Shown: in pieces, positions 50,360 to 63,791 of the stretch
How positions within the stretch are numbered: position 1 is the stretch's first letter
Layout: the number at the start of each line of letters is the position of its first letter
Assembly (NCBI RefSeq): GCF_001194135.2
Contig: NC_068983.1
Coordinates: 84,400,397-84,464,396, forward strand
DNA length: 64,000 nt
Direction of reading: 5' to 3'
Origin: Octopus bimaculoides
Lineage: Eukaryota
The notes under the pieces: model-generated
What the model was told of the DNA's origin: nothing
The model's input: only the letters and a program-made list of their open reading frames with translations
The model's database searches: none
Translations under genes and position numbers: made by a program

Positions 50360-50658
50360 CAGTGGCGTAGCTATTAGGGGAACAACAGGAGCGACAGCTC
50401 TCTACGAGCACATTTTTTTCAAAATTGGCGCCTTCTCAACAATTTTTTCTTAACTGTTTAATTACCTATATCAGTAGTTGTAAGTTTCATAGATAATGAT
50501 ATTGTTATTGAAACATGAAATTAATGAATGTAGAATAAATTACGTATATTGTAACTAATGAAACATCGCGTAATATGAAAGAAATGAGTTACAAACTTTG
50601 GTCAGGGCGCTTTCTTTGTGTTCGCGCCCACTAACTTTAGAACTTGGCTACGCCTCTG
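50360..50658. mobile_element. hAT-like MITE
   Basis: TIRs CAGTGGCGTAGCTA and TGGCTACGCCTCTG (12 of 14). The 8-bp flanks GTATTTAT/ATACTTAT match at 6 of 8. Confidence 0.7.
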
Positions 50659-51435
50659 ATACTTATACATAAATATGTTACATTAAATGTGTGTGTGTCT
50701 CAAATAATAAGCCTCTACGTATCGCTCGACTACCTAGAAGTTGCAGCTAAAGTGTCTCAAATAATATCTTGTCATTTCAGAAAAGGTAATCACGGGTTCT
50801 CTGCATATAGATTGTAAAAAAAAAAAAAAAAAAAAAGTTATGACTCGATTGTTTTTGATCTACTCGATGAGAACTGACTGACCTAAGTTTGCGTGAGTGC
50901 CTTTTAAGATTATAGTTGCTCAATGACAAAGACTGAAAGTTAGTGAGGAAAAAGTAATAAAAGTAATGACGCAATTACATTCAAGTTTAGATATATATAT
51001 ATGTATATAAAGAATTAAATTTATATTCATTATGAAAGTAAATATGAAGAAAGAAATATGTCTATATTTTTATTCTATTTCATATATAGCTATATTATAA
51101 AGTGATAGTTTTCGCAAATTANNNNNNNNNNNNNNNNNNNNNNNNNNNNNNNNNNNNNNNNNNNNNNNNNNNNNNNNNNNNNNNNNNNNNNNNNNNNNNN
51201 NNNNNNNNNNNNNNNNNNNNNNNNNNNNNNNNNNNNNNNNNNNNNNNNNNNNNNNNNNNNNNNNNNNNNNNNNNNNNNNNNNNCTGGAAATAAAACCATT
51301 TCTTACACAAAACCATAAATTTACAAGGAAGAAGAAATAAAGATAACGCTGTTTCTTAAGCAAGGCATTTTACTTCATTGTGTTTTAGCTCACACATCTG
51401 AAAGTGGAGTAAGAATTGAAAAACTGGGTCGCAAA

Positions 51436-51744
51436 TATTTGGTCATCCCATAATTAATGCGTTTTTTTTATACTTTTATTTTTCGAAATTAAGACCATAA
51501 AAGTTCTTTTTTAATCTAAAATATACTCTCCTTCATTTTCTACAATGCTCTTCCATCTATCTGGTAGATTTGCAAGGCCCCTCTTCCAAAATTCACTTGT
51601 CTGTGATGAAAAATACTCTTCCAGTACCGTTCTAACCTTGTCTACAAAGTTCATATCTTTTCCGTCCAAATGATTTTCAAGACTGCAGAATAAATGATAA
51701 TCAGATGGGGCAATGTCTGGCGAATATGGTGGGCGGGGCATATT
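51436..51744 (-). mobile_element. mariner transposon 3' fragment (transposase C-terminus and TIR)
   Basis: PPYSPDIAPSDYHLF...LPDRWKSIVENEGEYILD* carries the mariner YSPDLAPxD motif. A TIR-like TA-TTTGGTCATCCCATAATTAATGCG starts at 51436. Truncated at an (AGAT)n run. Confidence 0.9.
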
Positions 51745-53199
51745 AGATAGATAGATAGATAAGTAATGAAACATGGCTGGGCAATTTCCTTATTTTTCTG
51801 TTTACTAAGAGAAAAACAAGATGTATTTTATTTATTTTTTGTTTCACTTTCCAAAGTGTAGGTGTTACAAATTGTAACTACTTTAGTCATATCTTAGATT
51901 TTCTAACACCTGCTGTTTGTGCATTGACACTTTCATTACAGATTTAATCACAACAATGACTAATGCTTGATATACAAATTAGTTTCACCTACAAATTAAT
52001 TTCAGCTAAGTACAAGATATTGACTAATTTAAATACTATTTGCTATAAAGTTGTATTCATAAGCAGAACTGTGAAGAGTGCTTGTTCTCTGAAGTGCGTC
52101 TATGAAATATGCTAGAATAATCTATATTATTGTTCTGTATCAAGGAAGTAGAATAAAAAATAAAAAATAAATATAGGCACTTAAATAAGAAAATAGTAAA
52201 GACCAAAACATACTCCATGGCCAAGATACTTGTCAGCAACTAATTTCTGGAACAAAAAAAATCTATCAGGTCTTAAATGAAAGATTTAATAAAAAAATGT
52301 TGACCCTGATTGATGTTATGATAAAATAATAAAATAAAGTGAATATAAAGATGTATACGTATTTTAAAATTCTAAAGTGACCATACTACACTGAAATCAC
52401 TGTAGTTTCACAAAATTATCTCAGATTAATGGATCAGGAAGCAATTCCAATTAAGGAATACCTTAAATGTTAACACATATTCAAGAGAAGTCTCAAAAGT
52501 AGATTTGAAATGGGCCTAATGCAAGGGAGGTAATTTCACGTTAACCTAAACTTTCCCTCTCGTATGTACACACCGAAACCATAACGCAATGCATGCAAAC
52601 ATATCACCATACATGCAGAAAGCCCAGGACCTATTTCTCAAGTAAAATCTCTTCGTTTAAGTCGTATTTGCTAAATATTTGAGCCCCAGTGCATACGAGC
52701 CAAAGAAGGGACTTCGCTCTGATCGTCAACTAGCTATATAAGCGGCCAAATCTTCTTAAAATGTTATTCTATAGTCTTAAAAAGATAACATTGGGAAATG
52801 TAATCTAACACATCTTTAAAGAGACCATTTGGTATCAGCTATAATGTCTTCAGTTATATATCTGCTCGATTTCGACTGACCTGGAACTGAGCAAATTCTA
52901 AATACGCTAAAATAATTTTAAGGCAGTTTGATTTACCTCCCTTTCTTTCGCTGTCACTTTTGAAAATCCCTTTTGATAGAGAATTTGTATGTTCTGAATT
53001 TTATGTCCAATTTATTGGAACAGTATCAATATATACCTTTGAATATATATTAATAAAACCACTTGATTAACCATTTGATATTTAAATAAAAATAGCTGAA
53101 AGAGAAAGGCCGAAAAGGAGAGCGAAAGAAGGAGAGAGAATAAAATGACATGAAAATCTAGACAACCTTAAATTCTGAACAAATGTTTGTTTTCAGCCG

Positions 53200-53367
53200 C
53201 CTCCTCAGTTCACGTTGAATTGAATGGAAGACAAAACTATTTTCTTTATGCACACTTTTCTCTGGAAGTGATTTTCAAGAGGAGATTGGTTGTAGAGGAA
53301 AAGATCTGACTAATTTTTCCAACCTTGTTCACTATCTCACCATTTTTTGTCATAGCAAATAATGATG
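53200..53367 (+). promoter_or_regulatory. Candidate first exon of a plus-strand gene
   Basis: Inr-like TCAGTT near 53205 and a strong donor ATG|GTAAGA (intron from 53368), at the transition from CpG-retaining to CpG-depleted sequence. Confidence 0.3.
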
Positions 53368-53949
53368 GTAAGATCAATTTTTGCTGGTAGGACTCATGTA
53401 ATATCTGTTTTTGATAGGTAGCATACTTAAACCACAGCCGAGTTAACACCACCACCTAGACCTTGAGTGTTTTAGCGGAGTCTGCTCAGCTGCAAGCATT
53501 CAGAGAATGTTCCTAGTCTGAAAGTAGAAGCATGTGGCTTGGTGGTTAGGGTGTTGGACTCATAATTGTAAGATTGTGGTTTCGATTCCTGACACATTGT
53601 GTTCTTGAGCAAAACACTTAATTTCACATTACTCCAGTTCACTCAGCTGGCAAAAATGAGTAATCCTATGGTGGACCAGCATCCCATCAAGGGGGTTAAT
53701 ATATACATCATGGACACTGGGAAACTGTCCCTATGAGTGTGTACAACTCAGGAAGGATCTCTTATCCCTAGTCTGAATAACTCAAATATGTGCAACCAAT
53801 GTTCCCTGATTTTTTTGCTCTCCCCCCTAATCAGACTTGGAGTCCTTGTTAGTTTCACAGATGCTGCTTTTCCTTTCTGAATGAGACAAAAAACAAAACA
53901 AAGCAAAACAAAGACATCGTTCTTACAGGGTACATCTGCCTAAATAATT

Positions 53950-54780
53950 TATTCAAATTTTGGCACAAACTTAGCAATTGGGGAGTGGGTAATCAATTAC
54001 ATTGACCCCAGTACTTGAGTGGTACTTATAGACCCTGAAAAGATGAATGGCAAAGTTGATCTCACTGGTATTTGAACTCAGAATATAAAGAGATAGGAGT
54101 GCTGCTAAACATTTTCCCCATGTGCTAATGATTCTGTTAGCTTACTACCTTACCTTGTCACTACTACTACTACTACTTTCTACTATGGGAACAAGGCCTG
54201 AAATTTTGTGGATGGGTGACTAGTACATCAACCTCGGTAATCAACTGGTATTTACTTTATCAAACCTGAAAAGATGAAAGGCAAAATTGACCTCAACAAC
54301 ATTTGAACCCAGAATGGGAAAATTGATGAAATGCTGCTAAGCATTTTGTTCAGCATGCTATCAATTCTGCTAGCTCACTACTTTTTTAACAATGATAATA
54401 ATAATCCTTTCTACAATAGACACAAGGTCTGAAATTTTGTGGGAGGAGAATAGTCAAATACATTGACCCCAGTGATGGATCAGTACTTAATCTATCAACC
54501 CTCGAAGGGATGAAGAACAAAATTGACCTTTGTAGAATTTGAACCAAAAAAAAAAAAAAAAAATCCTTTCTACTTAAAGGCACAAGGCCTGAAATTTTGG
54601 GGGAAGGGGCTAGTTGATTACATCAACCCCAGTGTTTCACTGGTACTTAATTTATCAACCCCAAAAGGATGAAAGGCAAAGTTGACCTCAGCAGAATTTG
54701 AACACAGGATGTAAAGACAGACTAAATACCACAAAGCATTTCACCCAGTGTGCTAATGATTTGACCAGCTTGATGCCTAA
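53950..54780 (-). mobile_element. Four head-to-tail family A SINE copies
   Basis: Units at about 53950-54150, 54180-54380, 54405-54545 and 54565-54780, separated by short trinucleotide or A-rich tracts. Confidence 0.8.
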
Positions 54781-54822
54781 TAATAATGATGATGATGACG
54801 ATGACGACAATAATAATAATAA

Positions 54823-55373
54823 ATGCCCTGATGCAGTGTTATGCAGTGGCTCTCATAGCTTTTGATCTTAACTAATTGAAAGTGTTATCATGTACATATT
54901 TTGTCTTGGTATAAAAGATGAGCTACAACAAATATTCTGCTCAATACCACAGATTTGCTTGTCAATTGTTTGACCTTAACCAGTTGAGCATGTCCCTTGG
55001 TGGCTGACAATATGTGCATCTCTGATTACGAGCAGAAGTAGTGGGGGAGCATCATAGCCATGTGATGAGAGGAATTCTGTGGAGTTTGAATAATTCACCT
55101 CTGGAAATATGGGAGTTTCATTCAACATCCTTAAACAAACCTTGTTCAGGGAGCTTTTGGGGAGGATGAGCTACTTGACCTGAAAAGCATTCTAACTGGG
55201 CTCCACCTGCAAGGTCATGTGCTGTTTATCTTGTGCTTGATATGTCATGTACATATGGTTGTGATGCATGTGCCTGGTGTACCCTTATTAGATGAGTAGT
55301 CATGATGGGTATATTGGGTTTCGTATATGTGTACCCCAGTTTCACTTTGATTGCATACTCTGCTCTCTCACTG
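54823..55373. mobile_element. Unclassified 550-bp element embedded between (AAT)n tracts
   Basis: Higher-complexity sequence with sharp boundaries, flanked by (AAT/GAT)n at about 54779-54822 and (AAT)n at 55374-55452. Confidence 0.5.
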
Positions 55374-55382
55374 AATAATAAA

Positions 55383-55453
<71 letters not shown>

Positions 55454-56199
55454 TGACACTTTCTAAATTTGAGGTGAAAAGATAAGTTGACATCAATACT
55501 AGTGTTTGACTGGTATATTATTTTATTGATCTTGAAGGGATGAAAGGCAATGTTGACTTGAGTGGAATTTGAATTCAGAACATAAAGAGCTGCATGAAAT
55601 ATTGATAAGCATTTTACCCAATGTTTGCCTTAAGGTCTGCAAAAATCATTTAGGACAATACAAATGTAGACCAAGACACTTATATTTGATTACCCTATCG
55701 TTGCTTAACAATACTTTAAAATAAAATAAAAATAAATAAAACAAGATTTCTAAAAAAAATTTCTTACAACTAAAATCTCTGGCTAATCCACACCGTCTTT
55801 GATGATGAATAGAACTGATATATCAAATATGTAGAATGGTAGATGATCCCCAATTGTTAGTTTTGTAGTTATACTTTGTATTTGCAACATTTTTTTTTCC
55901 TGCAATCTACTATCTGTTCACTATTGGCAGACCACCAAACAACAGAGACTGTCTGGCACCAAGGCTGGCTTTTCTGAGATGGAAAGTATTTGACAAGTAC
56001 TTTACAGTTCATTCAGTGAAAGCAGACTAATTGTCACTTCCTTTCCATTAACCTTTGCCCCATTTCATAGAGGAAGCCTCTATGTAATTACTTAAACTGC
56101 AAGAAATAGCAATTATATCTCACTCAAATCATAGCTCCACCACTTTAGAAAAAGCAAGGTTTTGTGTAATGTTTTGGTCTTTGGACATGGCCTGGGTCT

Positions 56200-56505
56200 T
56201 CATCAGTTACAACAATGAGTGTTCCAGTTGATACAATCAACTGAATAGCTTGCTGGTGAAATTAATGTGAAGTGGCTGAGCAATCCACAGTTACATGAAT
56301 CCTTAATGTTGTTCTCAGGGAGATTCAGCATGATACAGAGTATGATGAGGCAGGCCCTTGAAATACAGGTACTACTAATTTTTGACAGCTGAGTGGACAT
56401 TAAATAAAGTGTCTTCCTCAAAGACACAATGCACCACTGGGAATTGAACTCACAACCTTACCATCATGTACTGAATATTCTAACCACTAAGCCATATGCC
56501 TTCAC
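56200..56505 (-). mobile_element. SINE family C copy, CpG-eroded
   Basis: Matches 17812-18168 with CpGs converted. Confidence 0.75.
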
Positions 56506-57689
56506 TGCTTTGGACATGGAACTCAGGGTGACATGATCCTGGGTTTCCTGCACATACAAAAAAGAGAAGATGCTCCCTGCCAGAATGCCTTTGGTCATAA
56601 ATCTGCTAGATCAGTGCTAACTTGAGGCTAAACAACAACAACATCAACATCTATCTCAAAGACAGAACACATTGGTGCAACACTGTAGCCAACCATAGTT
56701 CCTTTTTCTGTTGCACTTTCTATAACTGATTATTGTACTTCCAACTTTTTCTTCACATTTGAGAAAATAATCAGAAAATTCAAAATTTTAACAGTGCTCA
56801 AGTTATCTCTAAGATTACCTTCAAAAAGGAATCACTATCTATATTAGATATCTTACTAATATTTACCTGTTAAAGTCTGTGCATACTTACTTAAAAATCT
56901 TGACCTGATTTACAAGAATATCAACATCTTGATTCTTTCTTCTTTCATTGACATTTTTCTAATGAACACTTAGAAACTCTATCAAACTTTATTCACTGAC
57001 ACTTAACACAAGCTATGGGAAAATATGCATAGAATAGCCTTATACAATGAACTCTTCTCTGGTTGTAAGGGTATCTCAGACTTGGATTTGTAAGAAAGGA
57101 TAAAAATTTCTTTTTTAATGGACTATGATCATTATTTTATATCCTTGGGATGATATTTACAATGTACACTATTTTGATACCCCTCTGGTTGGCAGACTAC
57201 AGGAACTGTGTAATGTATTTCACTACATAAACATCATTATGTATAATAATTGCAAAAATCATTAAAATACTTATTCTGAGCCTATGTATAAGAATGTGTG
57301 TGACTATAGTTTTCATGCTTATATGTAACCTCCAGCCAGCTATTCAGCCAGAGGGCATTGAACTAAGTAAGAAGTTAGAATGTTTATTTAGGCCAAGGGT
57401 AATGTATTTTAAGAAAAAATAAATAAAGGTAAAAAGATATGACTTTTTATATGTATAATCTTTAATTTAATAGCATTCAATAGCTTAAATACCAAGCCCA
57501 TCAGTGAAAATATAAAATGCATGTTTACAAACCACACCCTGGTATATCAAAAGCAAAGGAAACAGTTAAGCTACTCTTTCATAAAAATGTGGCTCTTGTG
57601 CATATCTTCTAAGTGTTTATGGCCAACTGAAATATTTATGCCAATTAGTCTTTGCTTTAATCATATAATATATCTTTTATTAGTTGATA

Positions 57690-58445
57690 CAAGATCATCA
57701 TCATCGTTTAAAGTCCGCTTTCCATGCTAGCATGTGTTGGACGATTTGACTGAGGACTGGTGATCCAGATAGCTACACCAGGCTCCAATCTGATTTGGCA
57801 GAGTTTCCACAGCTGGATGCCCTTCCTAATGCCAACCACTCCGAGAGTGTAGTGGGTGCTTTTACGTGCCACTGGCATGAAGGTCAGTCAGGCGGTACTG
57901 GCAACAGCCATGCTCGAAATGGTGTATTTTACATGCCACCTGCACAGGAGCCAGTCCAGCGACACTGGCAACGATCTCACTCAAATGACTTTTCACATGC
58001 CACCGGCATAAGTGCCAGGAACGTGAAGCTGTGGCACAAGTGCCAGGAAGGCGACGCTGGTAACGATCATGCTCGAACGGTGGTGCCATCACAATTTTGC
58101 TTTCGCTTGCCCCAACAGGTCTTTGCAAGCNNNNNNNNNNCGACGCTGGTAACGATCATGCTCGAACGGTGGTGCCATCACAATTTTGCTTTCGCTTGCC
58201 CCAACAGGTCTTTGCAAGCAGAGTTTAGTGTCCAATGGAGGAGACGTTGGCATGGGGGTCAGTCGTTGAATTTAGTTCGATTTCGATTTTACTTGCCTCA
58301 ACAGGTCTTTGCAAGCGGAGTTTAGTGTCCAATGGAGGAAAGGTACGCATAAGTGGACTGACTACATCCCTGGCAGAGGACTTGGATTTTGGTCTCACTT
58401 GGCTTGCCGGGTCTTCTCACGCACAGCATATTTCCAAAGGTTTTG
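57690..58445 (-). mobile_element. RTE 3' end with expanded 3'-UTR subrepeats
   Basis: Aligns with about 4950-5460 and spans a 10-N gap with an exact overlap duplication. Confidence 0.8.
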
Positions 58446-58899
58446 GTAATGACTTTTCTTTGCATTACAGGTGTAATTTAAGTTGATTAGGCTTATTTGA
58501 TTTGGTTTCTTAGCCTGCTTTTAACTATGTGTAGTTAATAGTTGTACAGTTTTGAGAACAAATGCATATCAATTTGTTAATATGTTTATTTGTTTTTGCA
58601 AGAGAAATCTTGAATCTTAAATTCATTTCCTATTTAGGAAAGGTCTCTTGCAGTAGAATATTTTCTAGCACATTTCAACAATGCATTCATAGAGAAGATC
58701 ACAGAGAGTATCAATAGTCATTTGTTGTTTTGTGATTCTGATTATGGGATGTATCAAAGCCAATGGAAAAGTCATCAAAGGACAGTGATATTGATTGCTG
58801 AAATATACACTTCATATGCTACATGTAATGAAAACATCAATAAAAATATTGGTTGAGAGATTCTGCATCACTAGAAACAGATACCTTGGGTTACATAGG

Positions 58900-59228
58900 T
58901 ATGTGAAGGTGTGTGGCTTAATGGTTAGGGCATTCAGCTCATGATTGTAAGGTCGAGAGTTTAATTCCTGGTGACACGTTGTGTCCTTGAGCAAGACACT
59001 TTATTTCATGTTGCTTTAATCCACTCAGCTGGCAAAAATGAGTAGTACCTCTATTTCAAAGGGCCAGCCTTGTCACACTCTGTGTCACACTGAATCTCCC
59101 TGAGAACTACGTTAAGGGTACATGTGTCTGTGGAGTGCTCAGCCACTTGCATGTTAATTTCACAAGCAAGCTGTTCCGTTGATCATATCAGCTGGGACCA
59201 TCATCGTCGTTACCAACAGAGTGCTCCT
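58900..59228 (+). mobile_element. SINE family C, full length
   Basis: GGTGTGTGGCTTAATGGTTAGGGCATTC head, TGTGTCCTTGAGCAAGACACTT CORE-like block and family C tail. Confidence 0.82.
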
Positions 59229-61974
59229 ACATAGGTATAAACACTGACCCTATTGCTGAAAAAAGATTTTGAAAAATATGTGAAACCCTTAACATTGAAA
59301 AAAATTTTTTTACTTGTTCTTATCCATTTCAAAGGATGTCAATTATGAGTCTCTGACTTTAATAAAAGAATGAATATTATTCAAAAAATTTGCACATTAT
59401 TGAAGACATTGGTTTGGGATAAAAAACCACAAGTTACTTTTGATTGCTAAACAGGCCTTGACTTTGATATTTTCAAAACTGGTACTTTTGAAAATTATGG
59501 ACCCATAATAATAATAATAATAATAATAAAAGTACAGAAGTACAAAGGGTAAGGCCACTTTCTTTATACTGACTGTTGTGACTCTAGTCTTAATCTGTCT
59601 TTGTAGTTATACAAATGAAATATTTGCCTTGTTAGAACAAGTGGAGAAAAAAAAATGTTCTAGAATTTTCTAAGCTGAAATCAAATGATGAAAGAAAAAG
59701 CAAACAATGTTGTAATTTGTTGGCCATGGAAAACATAATATAATAATGTTCTTATTTTATAAAATACCCATGATAAATAACGATGAAATGAATCTCCAGA
59801 TAAGTGAAATATTAATAAATAAATAAAAAATATATAAATAACCTGATTATGCCACTGACTCCTTGTAAAACATACTTCTAATAAACAAAGCTAAGCTGCA
59901 GCTAACAATAGTGGAATGTTTGAGAAAATCAGTCAAATAGTATACAATTCTCTCATTTCACATGTTAGATTTAACAATGCTGAATGCTTATGACTTTCAT
60001 ATTTATTGAAGGCAGGGGTAGGAGGTAGTTTTTTTAAAATTAAAATTTCAAAAGAAAAAACAATTTAATAGAGGTCATTCAAATAACTTGTTGAAAAATA
60101 TGGCCCCTTCGATTAATGTTAGGTGTAGTAGGTTTAGTGCTGTAAATTTTATACAAAAGCTATTATCCTGATGATATACTGCCAATAGGAATTGAAAACA
60201 AGGGACATCACAGATATTTTGTATATACAAACAATAGTATAGATATCAAGAGAAGTTCATATGTAACAAATTGATGTACAGAATGTAAGCTTTGTCTATA
60301 TTTGGGGGATTGTTTTAGAGTTTATCATACTTGAATAACATTTTAGTGAATCAGACTTTATGTAAGTATTGGTCTTATATGAACGCTTCATTAGAAACTA
60401 TGATACAAAACTCAATATTAGGTGCAGATGTGGGTGTGTGGTAAGAAGCTTGCTTTCCAACCACATGGTTTTGGGTTAATCCCACTCTGTGGCACAGTCG
60501 GCAAGTGTCTTTTACTATAGCCTTGGGCTGACCAAAGCCTTGGTAGATGGAAACTGAAAGAAGTCCATCGTATATCGTCATCATCCTCGTTATTTAATGT
60601 CTGCCTTCCATCTAGCATGAATACCTACCTACCTATATTTATTTTATCTTTTTTTTTCATTTTTGTTTGTGATATGAAAATGTCACATGAAAATGCAAAC
60701 ATAATTAAAAAAAGAGTTCATTATCACTATTTTGTGTTCACTAAATTACAGAATATATTGAAGATGTAATTGAAACTACAATTGTTAGAGAATGGGATCT
60801 GAGTGAAATAACTCTTGTTTTAATGTTTTAAGAAATCAGTTGTTTACAACAGAATTAAGTTAACTACTTGACAGCTATGAGTCTTAAAGAATGAAAAGCA
60901 AGGTAGGAAACCGACTTTTAAATTACAAATAAATGGTTATTTATTCCAGTGAGTCTATTCTGAGTAGTTTTGAGTTAAAGGGAAGTAATTTCTTGTTTTT
61001 TTTTTTAACTAAATTTCTTTTGACAAGTCCCAAAGCCAAAGTAATAGGCAAAAGATTAACTAGTATTAAAATGTTATGATCAATATTTAAACAACAACAA
61101 CAACAACAACAGTTTCATAATGAAGAGCTGGGAACAGTGGTAATTATAAATAGGTGAACTCAAGAATAACAAAATCACAGAGCATCCAGGACTACACTAT
61201 TCACTGTGTTATTTTACACTAAGATATTAACGTGTGATTTGAACACAAATTATCTGCTGTTTTTCTTACGTTAAATGACCTTCGTTGGTTTGAGAGTGGA
61301 ACAAGGTAGATGATGGGAACTAGAATAAAGACTAGACCAAAAACCAAGGTTATAAGCATGGAGTTGAGTGTGTGGTGGAAACTGACCAGCAGATTGTTTT
61401 TAATATTTTATACTAGATTTTGTCTTATTTGTGATTGACTGTGCTTATTGGAGCACAAAATGTTAAAAACATGACTAATCAATTAGAATCAATTTTTGAA
61501 TCTACTCTTGCTGGACCGTAGGTGGATGTCAGTGGCTATGGATGGGCATCTTAAAATTCAGTGCTTGCTGAATTGTTGCATCAGTAATAATTTAATAGAG
61601 AACAGGATTTGAGGTAATGTGCCAGTGAATAAGGCAGTCAACTTCCCAAGACATTATGCATGATTTTCTGCATCTATAGGACATGGTAGTGGGAGTGACT
61701 CTGCTCTCCACTGTCAGGACTGCACTATCAAGGGACACATATCAGTGGGCAACAGTGCAACAAGACATATTGTTTTCCTAAAACTGGACACCTAGCTCAA
61801 GTAGTTTCAACAAAGTGAACTCTCATGAATGTACATACATCCAGGAGAGGGTGTAAACCAGGCAATAGGTAGCTGCTACAACACTTTACATATTCTGGTG
61901 GCAATAAAGCTCTGTGTTCTGATTGACTGTATTCTGGACGCACTGTTTCTAATAATAAATAAATAAAATAATCT

Positions 61975-62315
61975 CATGCACATGGTTCTGGTTTCAATCT
62001 CACTGTTTCGTACATTGGGCAAGTGTCTTCTACTATCATTGTGAGTAGATGTGGTAGACGGAAACTGAAAGAAACCCATAGTGTGTGTGTGTGTGTGTGT
62101 GTATGTGTGTGTGTGTGTGTGTGTAGGTATCTATATGTATATATCTTTGTGCTTGTGTTTGTCTCCCACCACCGTTTGACAATTTGACAACTGGTATTGG
62201 TTTGTTTATGTCCCCATAAATCAGTGTTCAGTAAATAGAGACTAACAGAATAAATACCAGGTTTAAAAAAATAAGTACTGTGCCCCAGTATGACTGTAAT
62301 CCAATGATTCAAACA
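61975..62315 (+). mobile_element. Composite SINE B + (GT)n + D, degraded
   Basis: Matches 36965-37380. Confidence 0.7.
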
Positions 62316-62604
62316 AACTATGTGTGTGTGTATATCTCTTTCTCTGTCTATGTATGTACATATGTATGTATGTGTGTGTATGGGTCTGTTGTCCATAAGT
62401 CAGAAAACCCCCCCACTAATTTTGAGAAGTTATTCGTATGTCCAAATTTGACCAAATGCGTTTTTTTCAATATTTATTTTTGCTTGCAATAGTCAGTACT
62501 TTTGGTCAAACTATCGTATCTTCAGATGTCAAGATATCAAAAACTGATATAGTGTAGTACAATGGTTTTGCCATTGCAACGATTTATATAATAAAACGGT
62601 ACAA

Positions 62605-63477
62605 TAGTACATCTTTGGTTATGGCAGAAACAATGGTTTTGTGTCTACTATTGCACTTGGCAATATAGATGACTCATCAAACCTATTGACTGGAAGCACT
62701 TAGTCTCTTTACTGATGGAGGTAAATATACAATCTTTGTCAGTTCAGTAAGGAAAAAACAAACGATAAAAACCGCTACTGAGAGAGAAAGAAGAGTTGCT
62801 TCCCCTTGTATGATTCCAACTGTAGCTAAATTAAATTAGTTGTGCCTACTTTAGATTATTTCTGTTTTCTAGTCTACAGATTGAGAAGACCATGTTTCTG
62901 AAACGATTTTTCGCAATGGCAAAAACTTCACTTTTTGAACACAAGAAGGCACCTGTAAGATGCAAATGTTTAAAGGATAATTGTTCTTTTGGCTAAGCAA
63001 AGTTTGCATTGTCTGTTTCCATTGAAGTACCCAGTTGTTCCAGTAGCATATATAGTTGGTTAATGATATAATATTGTGTTCCCCAGGATTGTAAAAGGAG
63101 ATCTGTAGTTATTTTACCTGACCTCAAGTGGGTTCTCTGTTGCTCCAACATATTTCCATGTGTGCATCCTTTCATTGCTGGAAATGTGGTCTTCCCCATT
63201 TGCAGACTAAAGAATGAAAATAACATGCAGACACAGCTGACTTCAGCCACAGCTGGAATCATATAAAGGGAGGCAATTCTTTCTCGCTTAGAAAGATTTT
63301 TTTTCTTTTTAACTATCAAACTGACCAAAACTGTATATTTACTTCCATCAGTAAATAGGCTATGTACTTCTGGCCAGCAGGTCTTATGAGTCATCTATAT
63401 TGCCCAAAGTGGAACAGTAGACACAAAGCCAATGGTGACTTTCTGACTAATTATATGCCATAACCAAGGATGTACTA
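62605..63477. repeat. Old long inverted repeat (arms about 295 bp, spacer about 280 bp)
   Basis: 62605-62898 aligns with the reverse complement of 63181-63477. Shared blocks include GCAATATAGATGACTCAT, TTTACTGATGGA and ATGATTCCA. Confidence 0.8.
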
Positions 63478-63791
63478 CTTGATTACATAAAAATATTTGT
63501 ATATAGTTTATACAGTTTTATAAATTTAGTCCCATAACAGCCAGTTGGTTTCATGCTAAAAAATTCTTCTTCCAATGGAAGTTTAATTTAATACTTGTCA
63601 GACATAGCTGACTGGAGAAGTTCAGCATGGGTCCTTTAATACTGGAGGTCTGGAATGTTCTATTTGGTGAATGAGTCATAGACCTCCAGCACAAAATATC
63701 CCAGACCATACTTTATGCTAAAAACTATTTTCTCTTTATAAGAAACTTTGTAGAATCTTAAATTTAGCTCAGTTTATTTGTCTTGAATTAT

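Noticed and set aside
53170-53215. Minus-strand CTGAGGA...GAAA with a helix III-like hairpin
   Set aside because: Helix II is only 2 bp and helix I cannot form.
58050-58220. Exact 80-bp duplication on both sides of a 10-N gap
   Set aside because: Typical contig-overlap artefact.
62993-63394. LFTDGSK motif suggesting RNase H
   Set aside because: No downstream RNase H residues. The other arm of the inverted repeat reads FTDGGK and has stops.
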